64,000 bases of DNA, taken from assembly GCA_964016885.1 (NCBI GenBank), contig OZ024744.1:129022001-129086000 (forward strand). The letters run 5' to 3'. The notes under the pieces were generated by a model. That model saw only the letters and a list, made by a program, of their open reading frames with translations. It searched no databases and had not been told where the DNA came from. The stretch's first letter is position 1, and each line of letters opens with the position of its first letter. Origin of the DNA: Eledone cirrhosa. Its lineage: Eukaryota. Below, in pieces: positions 1 to 12,100 of the stretch. A program made the translations under genes and the position numbers.

Positions 1-289
1 TTTAAGTTAAGTTGGGGATAAGTTAAGTTGGGGTTAAGTTAAGTTGGGTTTAAGTTAAGTTGGGGTTAAGTTAAGTTGGGGTTAAGTTAAGTTGGGGTTA
101 AATTAAGTTGGGGTTAAGTTAAGTTGGGGTTGAGTAAAGTTGGGGTTAAGTTAAGTTGGGGTTAAATTAAGTTGGGGTTAAGTTAAGTTGGGGTTGAGTG
201 AAGTTGGGGTTAAGTTAAGTTGGGGTTAAATTAAGTTGGGGTTAAGTTTAGTTGGGGTTGAGTTTAGTTGGGGTTAATTTAAGTTGGGG

Positions 290-1500
290 TTAAGTTAAGT
301 TGGTTAGTTAAGTTGAGTTTAAGTTAAGTTGGGGTTAATTTAAGTTGGGGTTAAGTTAAGTTGGGGTTAAGTTAATTTGGGGTTAAGTTAAGTTGGGGTT
401 CAGTTAAGTTGGGGTTCAGTTAAGTTGGGGTTAAGTTGGGGTAAAATTAAGTTGGGGTTAAGTTAAGTTGCGGTTAAGTTAAAATGAGGTTAAGTTAAGT
501 TGGGGTTAAGTTAAGTTGGGGTTAAGTTAAGTTGGGGCTAAGTTAAGTTGGGGCTAAGTTAAGTTGGGGCTAAGTTAAGTTGGGATTAAGTTAACTTTGG
601 GTTAAGTTAAGTTGGGTTTGAGTTAAGTTGGGGTTAATTAAGTTGGGGTTAAGTTAAGTTGGGGTTAAGTTAAGTTGGGGTTAAGTTAAGTTGGGGTTAA
701 GTTAAGTTGATGTTAAGTTAAGTTGGGGTTAATTTAAGTTGGGGTTAAGTTAAGTTGGGGCTAAGTTAAGTTGGGGTTAAGTTAATTAGGGTTAAGTTAA
801 GTTGGGGTTAAGTTAAGTTGGGGTTAAGTTAAGTTGGGGTTAAGTTAATTTGTGGTTAAGTTAAGTTGGGGTTAAGTTAAGTTGGGGTTAAGTTAAGTTG
901 GGGATAAGTTAAGTTGAGGATAAGTTAAGTTGGGGTTAATTAAGTTGGGTTTAAGTTAAGTTGGGGTTAAGTTAAGTTGGGGTTAAGTTAAGTTGGGGTT
1001 AAGTTAAGTTGGTTAGTTAAGTTGAGTTTAAGTTAAGTTGGGGTTAATTTAAGTTGGGGTTAAGTTAAGTTGGGGTTAAGTTAATTTGGGGTTAAGTTAA
1101 GTTGGGGTTCAGTTAAGTTGGGGTTAAGTTAAGTTGGGGTTAAGTTGGGGTAAAATTAAGTTGGGGTTAAGTTAAGTTGCGGTTAAGTTAAAATGAGGTT
1201 AAGTTAAGTTGGGGTTAAGTTAAGTTGGGGTTAAGTTAAGTTTGGGCTAAGTTAAGTTGGGGCTAAGTTAAGTTGGGGCTAAGTTAAGTTGGGGTTAAGT
1301 TAACTTTGGGTTAAGTTAAGTTGGGTTTGAGTTAAGTTGGGGTTAATTAAGTTGGGGTTAAGTTAAGTTGGGGTTAAGTTAAGTTGGGGTTAAGTTAAGT
1401 TGGGGTTAAGTTAAGTTGATGTTAAGTTAAGTTGGGGTTAATTTAAGTTGGGGTTAAGTTAAGTTGGGGCTAAGTTAAGTTGGAGCTAAGTTAAGTTGGG
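290..1500 (+). repeat. ~709-bp sub-HOR doublet (AAAATGAGG / GGGGCT x3 / TTGATG module), first example
   Basis: AAAATGAGG pairs: 481/1190, 30530/31239, 37483/38192, 45784/46493 (all 709 bp), 49899/50603 and 56856/57560 (704 bp), 60662/61355 (693 bp). Confidence 0.9.
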
Positions 1501-1599
1501 GCTAAGTTAAGTTGGGGTTAAGTTAAGTTGGGGTTAAGTTAAGGTGGGGTTAAGTTAAGTTGGTGGTAAGTTAAGTTGGGGGTAAGTTAAGATGGGGTT

Positions 1600-2960
1600 A
1601 AGTTAGGGTTAAGTTAAGTTAGGGTTAAGTTAATTTGGGGTTGAGTTAAGTTGGGGTTAAGTTAAGTGGTGGTTATGTTAAGTTGGGGTTAAGTTAAGTT
1701 GGGGTTAATTTAAATTGGGGTTAATTTAAATTTGTTGTTAAGTTAAGTTGGGGTTAATTTAAGTTGGGGTTAAGTTAAGTTGGGGTTGAGTTAAGTTGGG
1801 GTTGAGTGAAGTTGGGGTTAAGTTAAGTTGGGGTTAAGTTAAGTTGGGGTTGAGTTAAGTTGGGGTTAATTTAAGTTGGGGCTAAGTTCATTTGGGGTTC
1901 AGTTAAGTTGGGGTTAAATTAAGTTGGGGTTAAGTTAAGTTGGGGTTAAATTAAGTTGGGGTTAAGTTAAGTTGGGGTTAAGTTAAGTTGGGGTTAAGTT
2001 AATTTGGGGTTAAGTGAAGTTAGGGTTAAGTTAAGTTGGGGTTGAGTTAAGTTGGGGGTAAGTTAAGTTGGGGTTATGTTAAGTTGGGGTTACGTTAAGT
2101 TGGGTTTAAGTTAAGTTGGGGTTAAGTTAAGTTGGGGTTAAGTTAAGTTGGGGTTAATTTAAGTTGGGGTTAAGTTAAGTTGGGATTAATTTAAGTTGGG
2201 GTTAAGTTAAGTTGGGGTTAAGTTAAGTTGGGGTTAAATTAAGTTGGGGTTAAGTTAAGTTGGGGTAAAGTTAAGTTGGGGTTAAGTTAATTTGGGGTTA
2301 AGTTAAGTTAGGGTAAAGTTAAGTTGGGGTTGAGTTAAGTTGGGGTAAGTTAAGTTGGGGTTAAGTTAAGTTGGGGTTAAGTTAAGTTGGGGTTAAGTTA
2401 AGTTAGGCTTAACTTAAGTTGGGGTTAAGTTAAGTTGGGGGTGAGTTAAGTTGGGGGTAAGTTAAGTTGGGGTTAAGTTAAGTTGGGGTTAAGTTGGGGT
2501 TAAGTTAAGTTAGGGTTAAGTTAATTTGGGGTTGAGTTAAGTTGGGGTTAAGTTAAGTGGTGGTTATGTTAAGTTGGGGTTAAGTTAAGTTGGGGTTAAT
2601 TTAAATTGGGGTTAATTTAAATTTGTTGTTAAGTTAAGTTGGGGTTAATTTAAGTTGGGGTTAAGTTAAGTTGGGGTTGAGTTAAGTTGTGGTTGAGTGA
2701 AGTTGGGGTTAAGTTAAGTTGGGGTTAAATTAAGTTGGGGTTAAGTTAAGTTGGGGTTGAGTTAAGTTGGGGTTAATTTAAGTTGGGGCTAAGTTAATTT
2801 GGGGTTAAGTTAAGTTGGGGTTAAATTAAGTTGGGGTTAAGTTAAGTTGGGGTTAAGTTAAGTTGGGGTTAAGTTAATTTGGGGTTAAGTGAAGTTAGGG
2901 TTAAGTTAAGTTGGGGCTGAGTTAAGTTGGGGGTAAGTTAAGTTGGGGCTATGTTAAGTT
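1600..2960 (+). repeat. ~891-bp sub-HOR doublet (TTAATTTAAATTTGTTG / GAGTGAAG module), first example
   Basis: TTTGTTG occurs at 1731/2622 and 5603/6494 (891 bp apart). The first copy carries TTCATTTGGGG; the second usually carries TTGTGG-TTGAGTG and GGGGCTGAG. Confidence 0.88.
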
Positions 2961-3109
2961 GGGGTTAAGTTAAGTTGGGGTTAAGTTAAGTTGGGGTTCA
3001 GTTAAGTTGCGGTTAAGTTAAGTTGGGGTTAAGTTAAGTTGGGGTTAAGTTAAGTTGGGGTTAATTTAAGTTGGGGTTAAGTTAAGTTGGGGTTAAGTTA
3101 ATTTGTGGT

Positions 3110-6100
3110 TAAGTTAAGTTGGGGTTAAGTTAAGTTGGGGTTAAATTCAGTCGGGGTTAAGTTAAGTCGGGGTTAAGTTACGTTGGGGTTAAGTTAAGTT
3201 GGGGTTAAGTTAAGTTGGGGTTGAGTTAAGTTGGGGTTAAGTTAAGTTGGGGTTAAGTTAAGTTGGGGTTAAGTTAAGTTGGGGTTAAGTTAAGTTGGGG
3301 TTAATTTAAGTTGGGGTTAAGTTAAGTTGGGGTTAATTTAAGTTGGGGTTAATTTAAGTTGGGGTTAAGTTAAGTTGGGGTTAAGTTAAGTTGGGGTAAC
3401 GTTAAGTTGGGGGTAAGTTAAGTTGGGGTTAAGTTAAGTTGGGGTTAAGTTGGGGTTAAGTTAAGTTAGGGTTAACTTAAGTTGGGGTTGTGTTAAGTGG
3501 TGGTTATGTTAAGTGGTGGTTATGTTAAGTTGGGGTTAAGTTAAGTTGGGGTTAAGTTAAGTTGGGGTTAAGTTAAGTTGGGGTTAAGTTAATTAGGGTT
3601 AAGTTAAGTTGGGTTTAAGTTAAGTTGGGGTTAAGTTAATTTGTGGTTAAGTTAAGTTGGGGTTAAGTTAAGTTGGGGTTAAGTTAAGTTGGGGATAAGT
3701 TAAGTTGGGGATAAGTTAAGTTGGGGTTAATTAAGTTGGGTTTAAGTTAAGTTGGGGTTAAGTTAAGTCGGGGTTAAGTTAAGTTGGGGTTAAGTTAAGT
3801 TGGGGGTAAGATAAGTTGGGGTTAGTTAAGTTGGGGTTAAGTAAAGTTGGGGTTCAGTTAAGTTGGGGTTAAGTTAAGTTAGGCTTAACTTAAGTTGGGG
3901 TTAAGTTAAGTTGGGGGTGAGTTAAGTTGGGGGTAAGTTAAGTTGAGGTTAAGTTAAGTTGGGGTTAAGTTGGGGTTAAGTTAATTTAGGGTTAAGTTAA
4001 GTTGGGGTTGAGTTAAGTTGGGGTTAAGTTAAGTGGTGGTTATGTTAAGTTGGGGTTAAGTTAAGTTGGGGTTAATTTAAATTGGGGTTAATTTAACTTT
4101 GTGGTTAAGTTAATTTGGGGTTAATTTAAGTTGGGGTTAAGTTAAGTTGGGGTTAATTTAATTTGTGGTTAAGTTAAGTTGGGGTTAAGTTAAGTTGGCG
4201 TTGAGTTAAGCTGGGGTTAAGTTAAGTTGGGGTTAAAATAAGTTGGGGTTAAGTTAAGTTGGGGTTGGGTTAAGTTGGGGTTGAGTTAATTTGGGGTTAA
4301 GTTAAGTTGGGGTTAACTTAAGTTGGGTTTAATTTAAGTTGGGGTTAAGTTAAGTTGGGGTTATAATTAAGTTGGGGTTAAGTTAAGTTGGGGGTAAGAT
4401 AAGTTGGGGTTAGTTAAGTTGCGGTTAAGTTAAGTTGGGGTTAAGTTAAGTTGGGGTTAAGTTAAGTTGGGGTTAAGTTAAGTTGGGGTTAATTTAAGTT
4501 GGGGTTAATTTAAGTTGGGGTAAAGTTAAGTTGGGGGTAAGTTAAGTTGGGGTTAAGTTAAGTTGGGGTTAAGTTGGGGTTAAGTTAAGTTAGGGTTAAC
4601 TTAAGTTGGGGTTGTGTTAAGTGGTGGTTATGTTAAGTGGTGGTTATGTTAAGTTGGGGTTAAGTTAAGTTGGGGTTAAGTTAAATTGGGGTTAAGTTAA
4701 GTTGCGGTTAAGTTAAGTTGGGGTTAAGTTAAGTTGGGGTTAAGTTAATTAGGGTTAAGTTAAGTTGGGGTTAAGTTAAGTTGGGGTTAAGTTAAGTTGG
4801 GGTTAAGTTAATTTGTGGTTAAGTTAAGTTGGGGTTAAGTTAAGTTGGGGTTAAGTTAAGTTGGGGATAAGTTAAGTTGAGGATAAGTTAAGTTGGGGTT
4901 AATTAAGTTGGGTTTAAGTTAAGTTGGGGTTAAGTTAAGTTGGGGTTAAGTTAAGTTGGGGTTAAGTTAAGTTGGTTAGTTAAGTTGAGTTTAAGTTAAG
5001 TTGGGGTTAATTTAAGTTGGGGTTAAGTTAAGTTGGGGTTAAGTTAATTTGGGGTTAAGTTAAGTTGGGGTTCAGTTAAGTTGGGGTTAATTAAGTTGGG
5101 GTTAAGTTAAGTTGGGGTTAAGTTAAGTTGGGGTTAAGTTAAGTTGGGGTTAAGTTAAGTTGATGTTAAGTTAAGTTGGGGTTAATTTAAGTTGGGGTTA
5201 AGTTAAGTTGGGGCTAAGTTAAGTTGGAGCTAAGTTAAGTTGGGGCTAAGTTAAGTTGGGGTTAAGTTAAGTTGGGGTTAAGTTAAGGTGGGGTTAAGTT
5301 AAGTTGGGGTCAACTTAAGTTGGGGTTAAGTTAAGTTGGGGTTAACTTAAGTTGGGGTTAAGTTAAGTTGGGGTTAAGTTAAGTTGGGGTTAAGTTAAGT
5401 TGGGGTTACGTTAAGTTGGGGGTAAGTTAAGTTGGTGGTAAGTTAAGTTGGGGGTAAGTTAAGATGGGGTTAAGTTAGGGTTAAGTTAAGTTAGGGTTAA
5501 GTTAATTTGGGGTTGAGTTAAGTTGGGGTTAAGTTAAGTGGTGGTTATGTTAAGTTGGGGTTAAGTTAAGTTGGGGTTAATTTAAATTGGGGTTAATTTA
5601 AATTTGTTGTTAAGTTAAGTTGGGGTTAATTTAAGTTGGGGTTAAGTTAAGTTGGGGTTGAGTTAAGTTGGGGTTGAGTGAAGTTGGGGTTAAGTTAAGT
5701 TGGGGTTAAGTTAAGTTGGGGTTGAGTTAAGTTGGGGTTAATTTAAGTTGGGGCTAAGTTCATTTGGGGTTCAGTTAAGTTGGGGTTAAATTAAGTTGGG
5801 GTTAAGTTAAGTTGGGGTTAAATTAAGTTGGGGTTAAGTTAAGTTGGGGTTAAGTTAAGTTGGGGTTAAGTTAATTTGGGGTTAAGTGAAGTTAGGGTTA
5901 AGTTAAGTTGGGGTTGAGTTAAGTTGGGGGTAAGTTAAGTTGGGGTTATGTTAAGTTGGGGTTACGTTAAGTTGGGTTTAAGTTAAGTTGGGGTTAAGTT
6001 AAGTTGGGGTTAAGTTAAGTTGGGGTTAATTTAAGTTGGGGTTAAGTTAAGTTGGGATTAATTTAAGTTGGGGTTAAGTTAAGTTGGGGTTAAGTTAAGT

Positions 6101-9100
6101 TGGGGTTAAATTAAGTTGGGGTTAAGTTAAGTTGGGGTTAAGTTAAGTTGGGGTTAAGTTAATTTGGGGTTAATTTAAGTTAGGGTAAAGTTAAGTTGGG
6201 GTTGAGTTAAGTTGGGGTAAGTTAAGTTGGGGTTAAGTTAAGTTGGGGTTAATTTAAGTTGGGGTTAAGTTAAGTTAGGCTTAACTTAAGTTGGGGTTAA
6301 GTTAAGTTGGGGGTGAGTTAAGTTGGGGGTAAGTTAAGTTGGGGTTAAGTTAAGTTGGGGTTAAGTTGGGGTTAAGTTAAGTTAGGGTTAAGTTAATTTG
6401 GGGTTGAGTTAAGTTGGGGTTAAGTTAAGTGGTGGTTATGTTAAGTTGGGGTTAAGTTAAGTTGGGGTTAATTTAAATTGGGGTTAATTTAAATTTGTTG
6501 TTAAGTTAAGTTGGGGTTAATTTAAGTTGGGGTTAAGTTAAGTTGGGGTTGAGTTAAGTTGTGGTTGAGTGAAGTTGGGGTTAAGTTAAGTTGGGGTTAA
6601 ATTAAGTTGGGGTTAAGTTAAGTTGGGGTTGAGTTAAGTTGGGGTTAATTTAAGTTGGGGCTAAGTTAATTTGGGGTTAAGTTAAGTTGGGGTTAAATTA
6701 AGTTGGGGTTAAGTTAAGTTGGGGTTAAGTTAAGTTGGGGTTAAGTTAATTTGGGGTTAAGTGAAGTTAGGGTTAAGTTAAGTTGGGGCTGAGTTAAGTT
6801 GGGGGTAAGTTAAGTTGGGGTTATGTTAAGTTGGGGTTAAGTTAAGTTGGGGTTAAGTTAAGTTGGGGTTCAGTTAAGTTGCGGTTAAGTTAAGTTGGGG
6901 TTAATTTAAGTTGGGGTTAAGTTAAGTTGGGGTTAATTTAAGTTGGGGTTAAGTTAAGTTGGGGTTAAGTTAATTTGTGGTTAAGTTAAGTTGGGGTTAA
7001 GTTAAGTTGGGGTTAAATTCAGTCGGGGTTAAGTTAAGTCGGGGTTAAGTTACGTTGGGGTTAAGTTAAGTTGGGGTTAAGTTAAGTTGGGGTTGAGTTA
7101 AGTTGGGGTTAAGTTAAGTTGGGGTTAAGTTAAGTTGGGGTTAAGTTAAGTTGGGGTTAAGTTAAGTTGGGGTTAATTTAAGTTGGGGTTAAGTTAAGTT
7201 GGGGTTAATTTAAGTTGGGGTTAATTTAAGTTGGGGTTAAGTTAAGTTGGGGTTAAGTTAAGTTGGGGTAACGTTAAGTTGGGGGTAAGTTAAGTTGGGG
7301 TTAAGTTAAGTTGGGGTTAAGTTGGGGTTAAGTTAAGTTAGGGTTAACTTAAGTTGGGGTTGTGTTAAGTGGTGGTTATGTTAAGTGGTGGTTATGTTAA
7401 GTTGGGGTTAAGTTAAGTTGGGGTTAAGTTAAGTTGGGGTTAAGTTAAGTTGGGGTTAAGTTAATTAGGGTTAAGTTAAGTTGGGTTTAAGTTAAGTTGG
7501 GGTTAAGTTAATTTGTGGTTAAGTTAAGTTGGGGTTAAGTTAAGTTGGGGTTAAGTTAAGTTGGGGATAAGTTAAGTTGGGGATAAGTTAAGTTGGGGTT
7601 AATTAAGTTGGGGTTAAGTTAAGTTGGGGTTAAGTTAAGTTGGGGGTAAGATAAGTTGGGGTTAGTTAAGTTGCGGTTAAGTTAAGTTGGGGTTAAGTTA
7701 AGTTGGGGTTAAGTTAAGTTGGGGTTAAGTTAAGTTGGGGTTAATTTAAGTTGGGGTTAATTTAAGTTGGGGTAAAGTTAAGTTGGGGGTAAGTTAAGTT
7801 GGGGTTAAGTTAAGTTGGGGTTAAGTTGGGGTTAAGTTAAGTTAGGGTTAACTTAAGTTGGGGTTGTGTTAAGTGGTGGTTATGTTAAGTGGTGGTTATG
7901 TTAAGTTGGGGTTAAGTTAAGTTGGGGTTAAGTTAAATTGGGGTTAAGTTAAGTTGCGGTTAAGTTAAGTTGGGGTTAAGTTAAGTTGGGGTTAAGTTAA
8001 TTAGGGTTAAGTTAAGTTGGGGTTAAGTTAAGTTGGGGTTAAGTTAAGTTGGGGTTAAGTTAATTTGTGGTTAAGTTAAGTTGGGGTTAAGTTAAGTTGG
8101 GGTTAAGTTAAGTTGGGGATAAGTTAAGTTGAGGATAAGTTAAGTTGGGGTTAATTAAGTTGGGTTTAAGTTAAGTTGGGGTTAAGTTAAGTTGGGGTTA
8201 AGTTAAGTTGGGGTTAAGTTAAGTTGGTTAGTTAAGTTGAGTTTAAGTTAAGTTGGGGTTAATTTAAGTTGGGGTTAAGTTAAGTTGGGGTTAAGTTAAT
8301 TTGGGGTTAAGTTAAGTTGGGGTTCAGTTAAGTTGGGGTTCAGTTAAGTTGGGGTTAAGTTGGGGTAAAATTAAGTTGGGGTTAAGTTAAGTTGCGGTTA
8401 AGTTAAAATGAGGTTAAGTTAAGTTGGGGTTAAGTTAAGTTGGGGTTAAGTTAAGTTGGGGCTAAGTTAAGTTGGGGCTAAGTTAAGTTGGGGCTAAGTT
8501 AAGTTGGGATTAAGTTAACTTTGGGTTAAGTTAAGTTGGGTTTGAGTTAAGTTGGGGTTAATTAAGTTGGGGTTAAGTTAAGTTGGGGTTAAGTTAAGTT
8601 GGGGTTAAGTTAAGTTGGGGTTAAGTTAAGTTGATGTTAAGTTAAGTTGGGGTTAATTTAAGTTGGGGTTAATTTAAATTTGTTGTTAATTTAAGTTGGG
8701 GTTAATTTAAGTTGGGGTTAAGTTAAGTTGGGGTTGAGTTAAGTTGTGGTTGAGTGAAGTTGGGGTTAAGTTAAGTTGGGGTTAAATTAAGTTGGGGTTA
8801 AGTTAAGTTGGGGTTGAGTTAAGTTGGGGTTAATTTAAGTTGGGGCTAAGTTAATTTGGGGTTAAGTTAAGTTGGGGTTAAATTAAGTTGGGGTTAAGTT
8901 AAGTTGGGGTTAAGTTAAGTTGGGGTTAAGTTAATTTGGGGTTAAGTGAAGTTAGGGTTAAGTTAAGTTGGGGCTGAGTTAAGTTGGGGGTAAGTTAAGT
9001 TGGGGTTATGTTAAGTTGGGGTTAAGTTAAGTTGGGGTTAAGTTAAGTTGGGGTTCAGTTAAGTTGCGGTTAAGTTAAGTTGGGGTTAAGTTAAGTTGGG

Positions 9101-12100
9101 GTTAAGTTAAGTTGGGGTTAATTTAAGTTGGGGTTAAGTTAAGTTGGGGTTAAGTTAATTTGTGGTTAAGTTAAGTTGGGGTTAAGTTAAGTTGGGGTTA
9201 AATTCAGTCGGGGTTAAGTTAAGTCGGGGTTAAGTTACGTTGGGGTTAAGTTAAGTTGGGGTTAAGTTAAGTTGGGGTTGAGTTAAGTTGGGGTTAAGTT
9301 AAGTTGGGGTTAAGTTAAGTTGGGGTTAAGTTAAGTTGGGGTTAAGTTAAGTTGGGGTTAATTTAAGTTGGGGTTAAGTTAAGTTGGGGTTAATTTAAGT
9401 TGGGGTTAATTTAAGTTGGGGTTAAGTTAAGTTGGGGTTAAGTTAAGTTGGGGTAACGTTAAGTTGGGGGTAAGTTAAGTTGGGGTTAAGTTAAGTTGGG
9501 GTTAAGTTGGGGTTAAGTTAAGTTAGGGTTAACTTAAGTTGGGGTTGTGTTAAGTGGTGGTTATGTTAAGTGGTGGTTATGTTAAGTTGGGGTTAAGTTA
9601 AGTTGGGGTTAAGTTAAGTTGGGGTTAAGTTAAGTTGGGGTTAAGTTAATTAGGGTTAAGTTAAGTTGGGTTTAAGTTAAGTTGGGGTTAAGTTAATTTG
9701 TGGTTAAGTTAAGTTGGGGTTAAGTTAAGTTGGGGTTAAGTTAAGTTGGGGATAAGTTAAGTTGGGGATAAGTTAAGTTGGGGTTAATTAAGTTGGGTTT
9801 AAGTTAAGTTGGGGTTAAGTTAAGTCGGGGTTAAGTTAAGTTGGGGTTAAGTTAAGTTGGGGGTAAGATAAGTTGGGGTTAGTTAAGTTGGGGTTAAGTA
9901 AAGTTGGGGTTCAGTTAAGTTGGGGTTAAGTTAAGTTAGGCTTAACTTAAGTTGGGGTTAAGTTAAGTTGGGGGTGAGTTAAGTTGGGGGTAAGTTAAGT
10001 TGGGGTTAAGTTAAGTTGGGGTTAAGTTGGGGTTAAGTTAATTTAGGGTTAAGTTAAGTTGGGGTTGAGTTAAGTTGGGGTTAAGTTAAGTGGTGGTTAT
10101 GTTAAGTTGGGGTTAAGTTAAGTTGGGGTTAATTTAAATTGGGGTTAATTTAACTTTGTGGTTAAGTTAATTTGGGGTTAATTTAAGTTGGGGTTAAGTT
10201 AAGTTGGGGTTAATTTAATTTGTGGTTAAGTTAAGTTGGGGTTAAGTTAATTAGGGTTAAGTTAAGTTGGGGTTAAGTTAAGTTGGGGTTAAGTTAAGTT
10301 GGGGTTGAGTTAAGTTGGGGTTAAGTTAAGTTGGGGTTAAGTTAAGTTGGGGTTAAGTTAAGTTGGGGTTAAGTTAAGTTGGGGTTAATTTAAGTTGGGG
10401 TTAAGTTAAGTTGGGGTTAATTTAAGTTGGGGTTAATTTAAGTTGGGGTTAAGTTAAGTTGGGGTTAAGTTAAGTTGGGGTAACGTTAAGTTGGGGGTAA
10501 GTTAAGTTGGGGTTAAGTTAAGTTGGGGTTAAGTTGGGGTTAAGTTAAGTTAGGGTTAACTTAAGTTGGGGTTGTGTTAAGTGGTGGTTATGTTAAGTGG
10601 TGGTTATGTTAAGTTGGGGTTAAGTTAAGTTGGGGTTAAGTTAAGTTGGGGTTAAGTTAAGTTGGGGTTAAGTTAATTAGGGTTAAGTTAAGTTGGGTTT
10701 AAGTTAAGTTGGGGTTAAGTTAAGTTGGGGTTAAATTCAGTCGGGGTTAAGTTAAGTCGGGGTTAAGTTACGTTGGGGTTAAGTTAAGTTGGGGTTAAGT
10801 TAAGTTGGGGTTGAGTTAAGTTGGGGTTAAGTTAAGTTGGGGTAAAGTTAAGTTGGGGTTAAGTTAAGTTGGGGTTAAGTTAAGTTGGGGTTAATTTAAG
10901 TTGGGGTTAAGTTAAGTTGGGGTTAATTTAAGTTGGGGTTAATTTAAGTTGGGGTTAAGTTAAGTTGGGGTTAAGTTAAGTTGGGGTAACGTTAAGTTGG
11001 GGGTAAGTTAAGTTGGGGTTAAGTTAAGTTGGGGTTAAGTTGGGGTTAAGTTAAGTTGGGGTTAAGTTGGGGTTAAGTTAAGTTAGGGTTAACTTAAGTT
11101 GGGGTTGTGTTAAGTGGTGGTTATGTTAAGTGGTGGTTATGTTAAGTTGGGGTTAAGTTAAGTTGGGGTTAAGTTAAGTTGGGGTTAAGTTAAGTTGGGG
11201 TTAAGTTAATTAGGGTTAAGTTAAGTTGGGTTTAAGTTAAGTTGGGGTTAAGTTAATTTGTGGTTAAGTTAAGTTGGGGTTAAGTTAAGTTGGGGTTAAG
11301 TTAAGTTGGGGATAAGTTAAGTTGGGGATAAGTTAAGTTGGGGTTAATTAAGTTGGGTTTAAGTTAAGTTGGGGTTAAGTTAAGTCGGGGTTAAGTTAAG
11401 TTGGGGTTAAGTTAAGTTGGGGGTAAGATAAGTTGGGGTTAGTTAAGTTGGGGTTAAGTAAAGTTGGGGTTCAGTTAAGTTGGGGTTAAGTTAAGTTAGG
11501 CTTAACTTAAGTTGGGGTTAAGTTAAGTTGGGGGTGAGTTAAGTTGGGGGTAAGTTAAGTTGAGGTTAAGTTAAGTTGGGGTTAAGTTGGGGTTAAGTTA
11601 ATTTAGGGTTAAGTTAAGTTGGGGTTGAGTTAAGTTGGGGTTAAGTTAAGTGGTGGTTATGTTAAGTTGGGGTTAAGTTAAGTTGGGGTTAATTTAAATT
11701 GGGGTTAATTTAACTTTGTGGTTAAGTTAATTTGGGGTTAATTTAAGTTGGGGTTAAGTTAAGTTGGGGTTAATTTAATTTGTGGTTAAGTTAAGTTGGG
11801 GTTAAGTTAAGTTGGCGTTGAGTTAAGCTGGGGTTAAGTTAAGTTGGGGTTAAAATAAGTTGGGGTTAAGTTAAGTTGGGGTTGGGTTAAGTTGGGGTTG
11901 AGTTAATTTGGGGTTAAGTTAAGTTGGGGTTAACTTAAGTTGGGTTTAATTTAAGTTGGGGTTAAGTTAAGTTGGGGTTATAATTAAGTTGGGGTTAAGT
12001 TAAGTTGGGGGTAAGATAAGTTGGGGTTAGTTAAGTTGCGGTTAAGTTAAGTTGGGGTTAAGTTAAGTTGGGGTTAAGTTAAGTTGGGGTTAAGTTAAGT

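Noticed and set aside
481-495. AAAATGAGG / AAGATGGGG as start codons or regulatory motifs
   Set aside because: They are simple substitution variants of AAGTTGGGG and are followed by in-frame stops within a few codons.
3140-3190. Persistence of CpG-creating variants (TCGG, TACG, TGCG) as evidence of no DNA methylation
   Set aside because: The copies are too recently amplified and the CpG sites too few for lack of decay to be informative.
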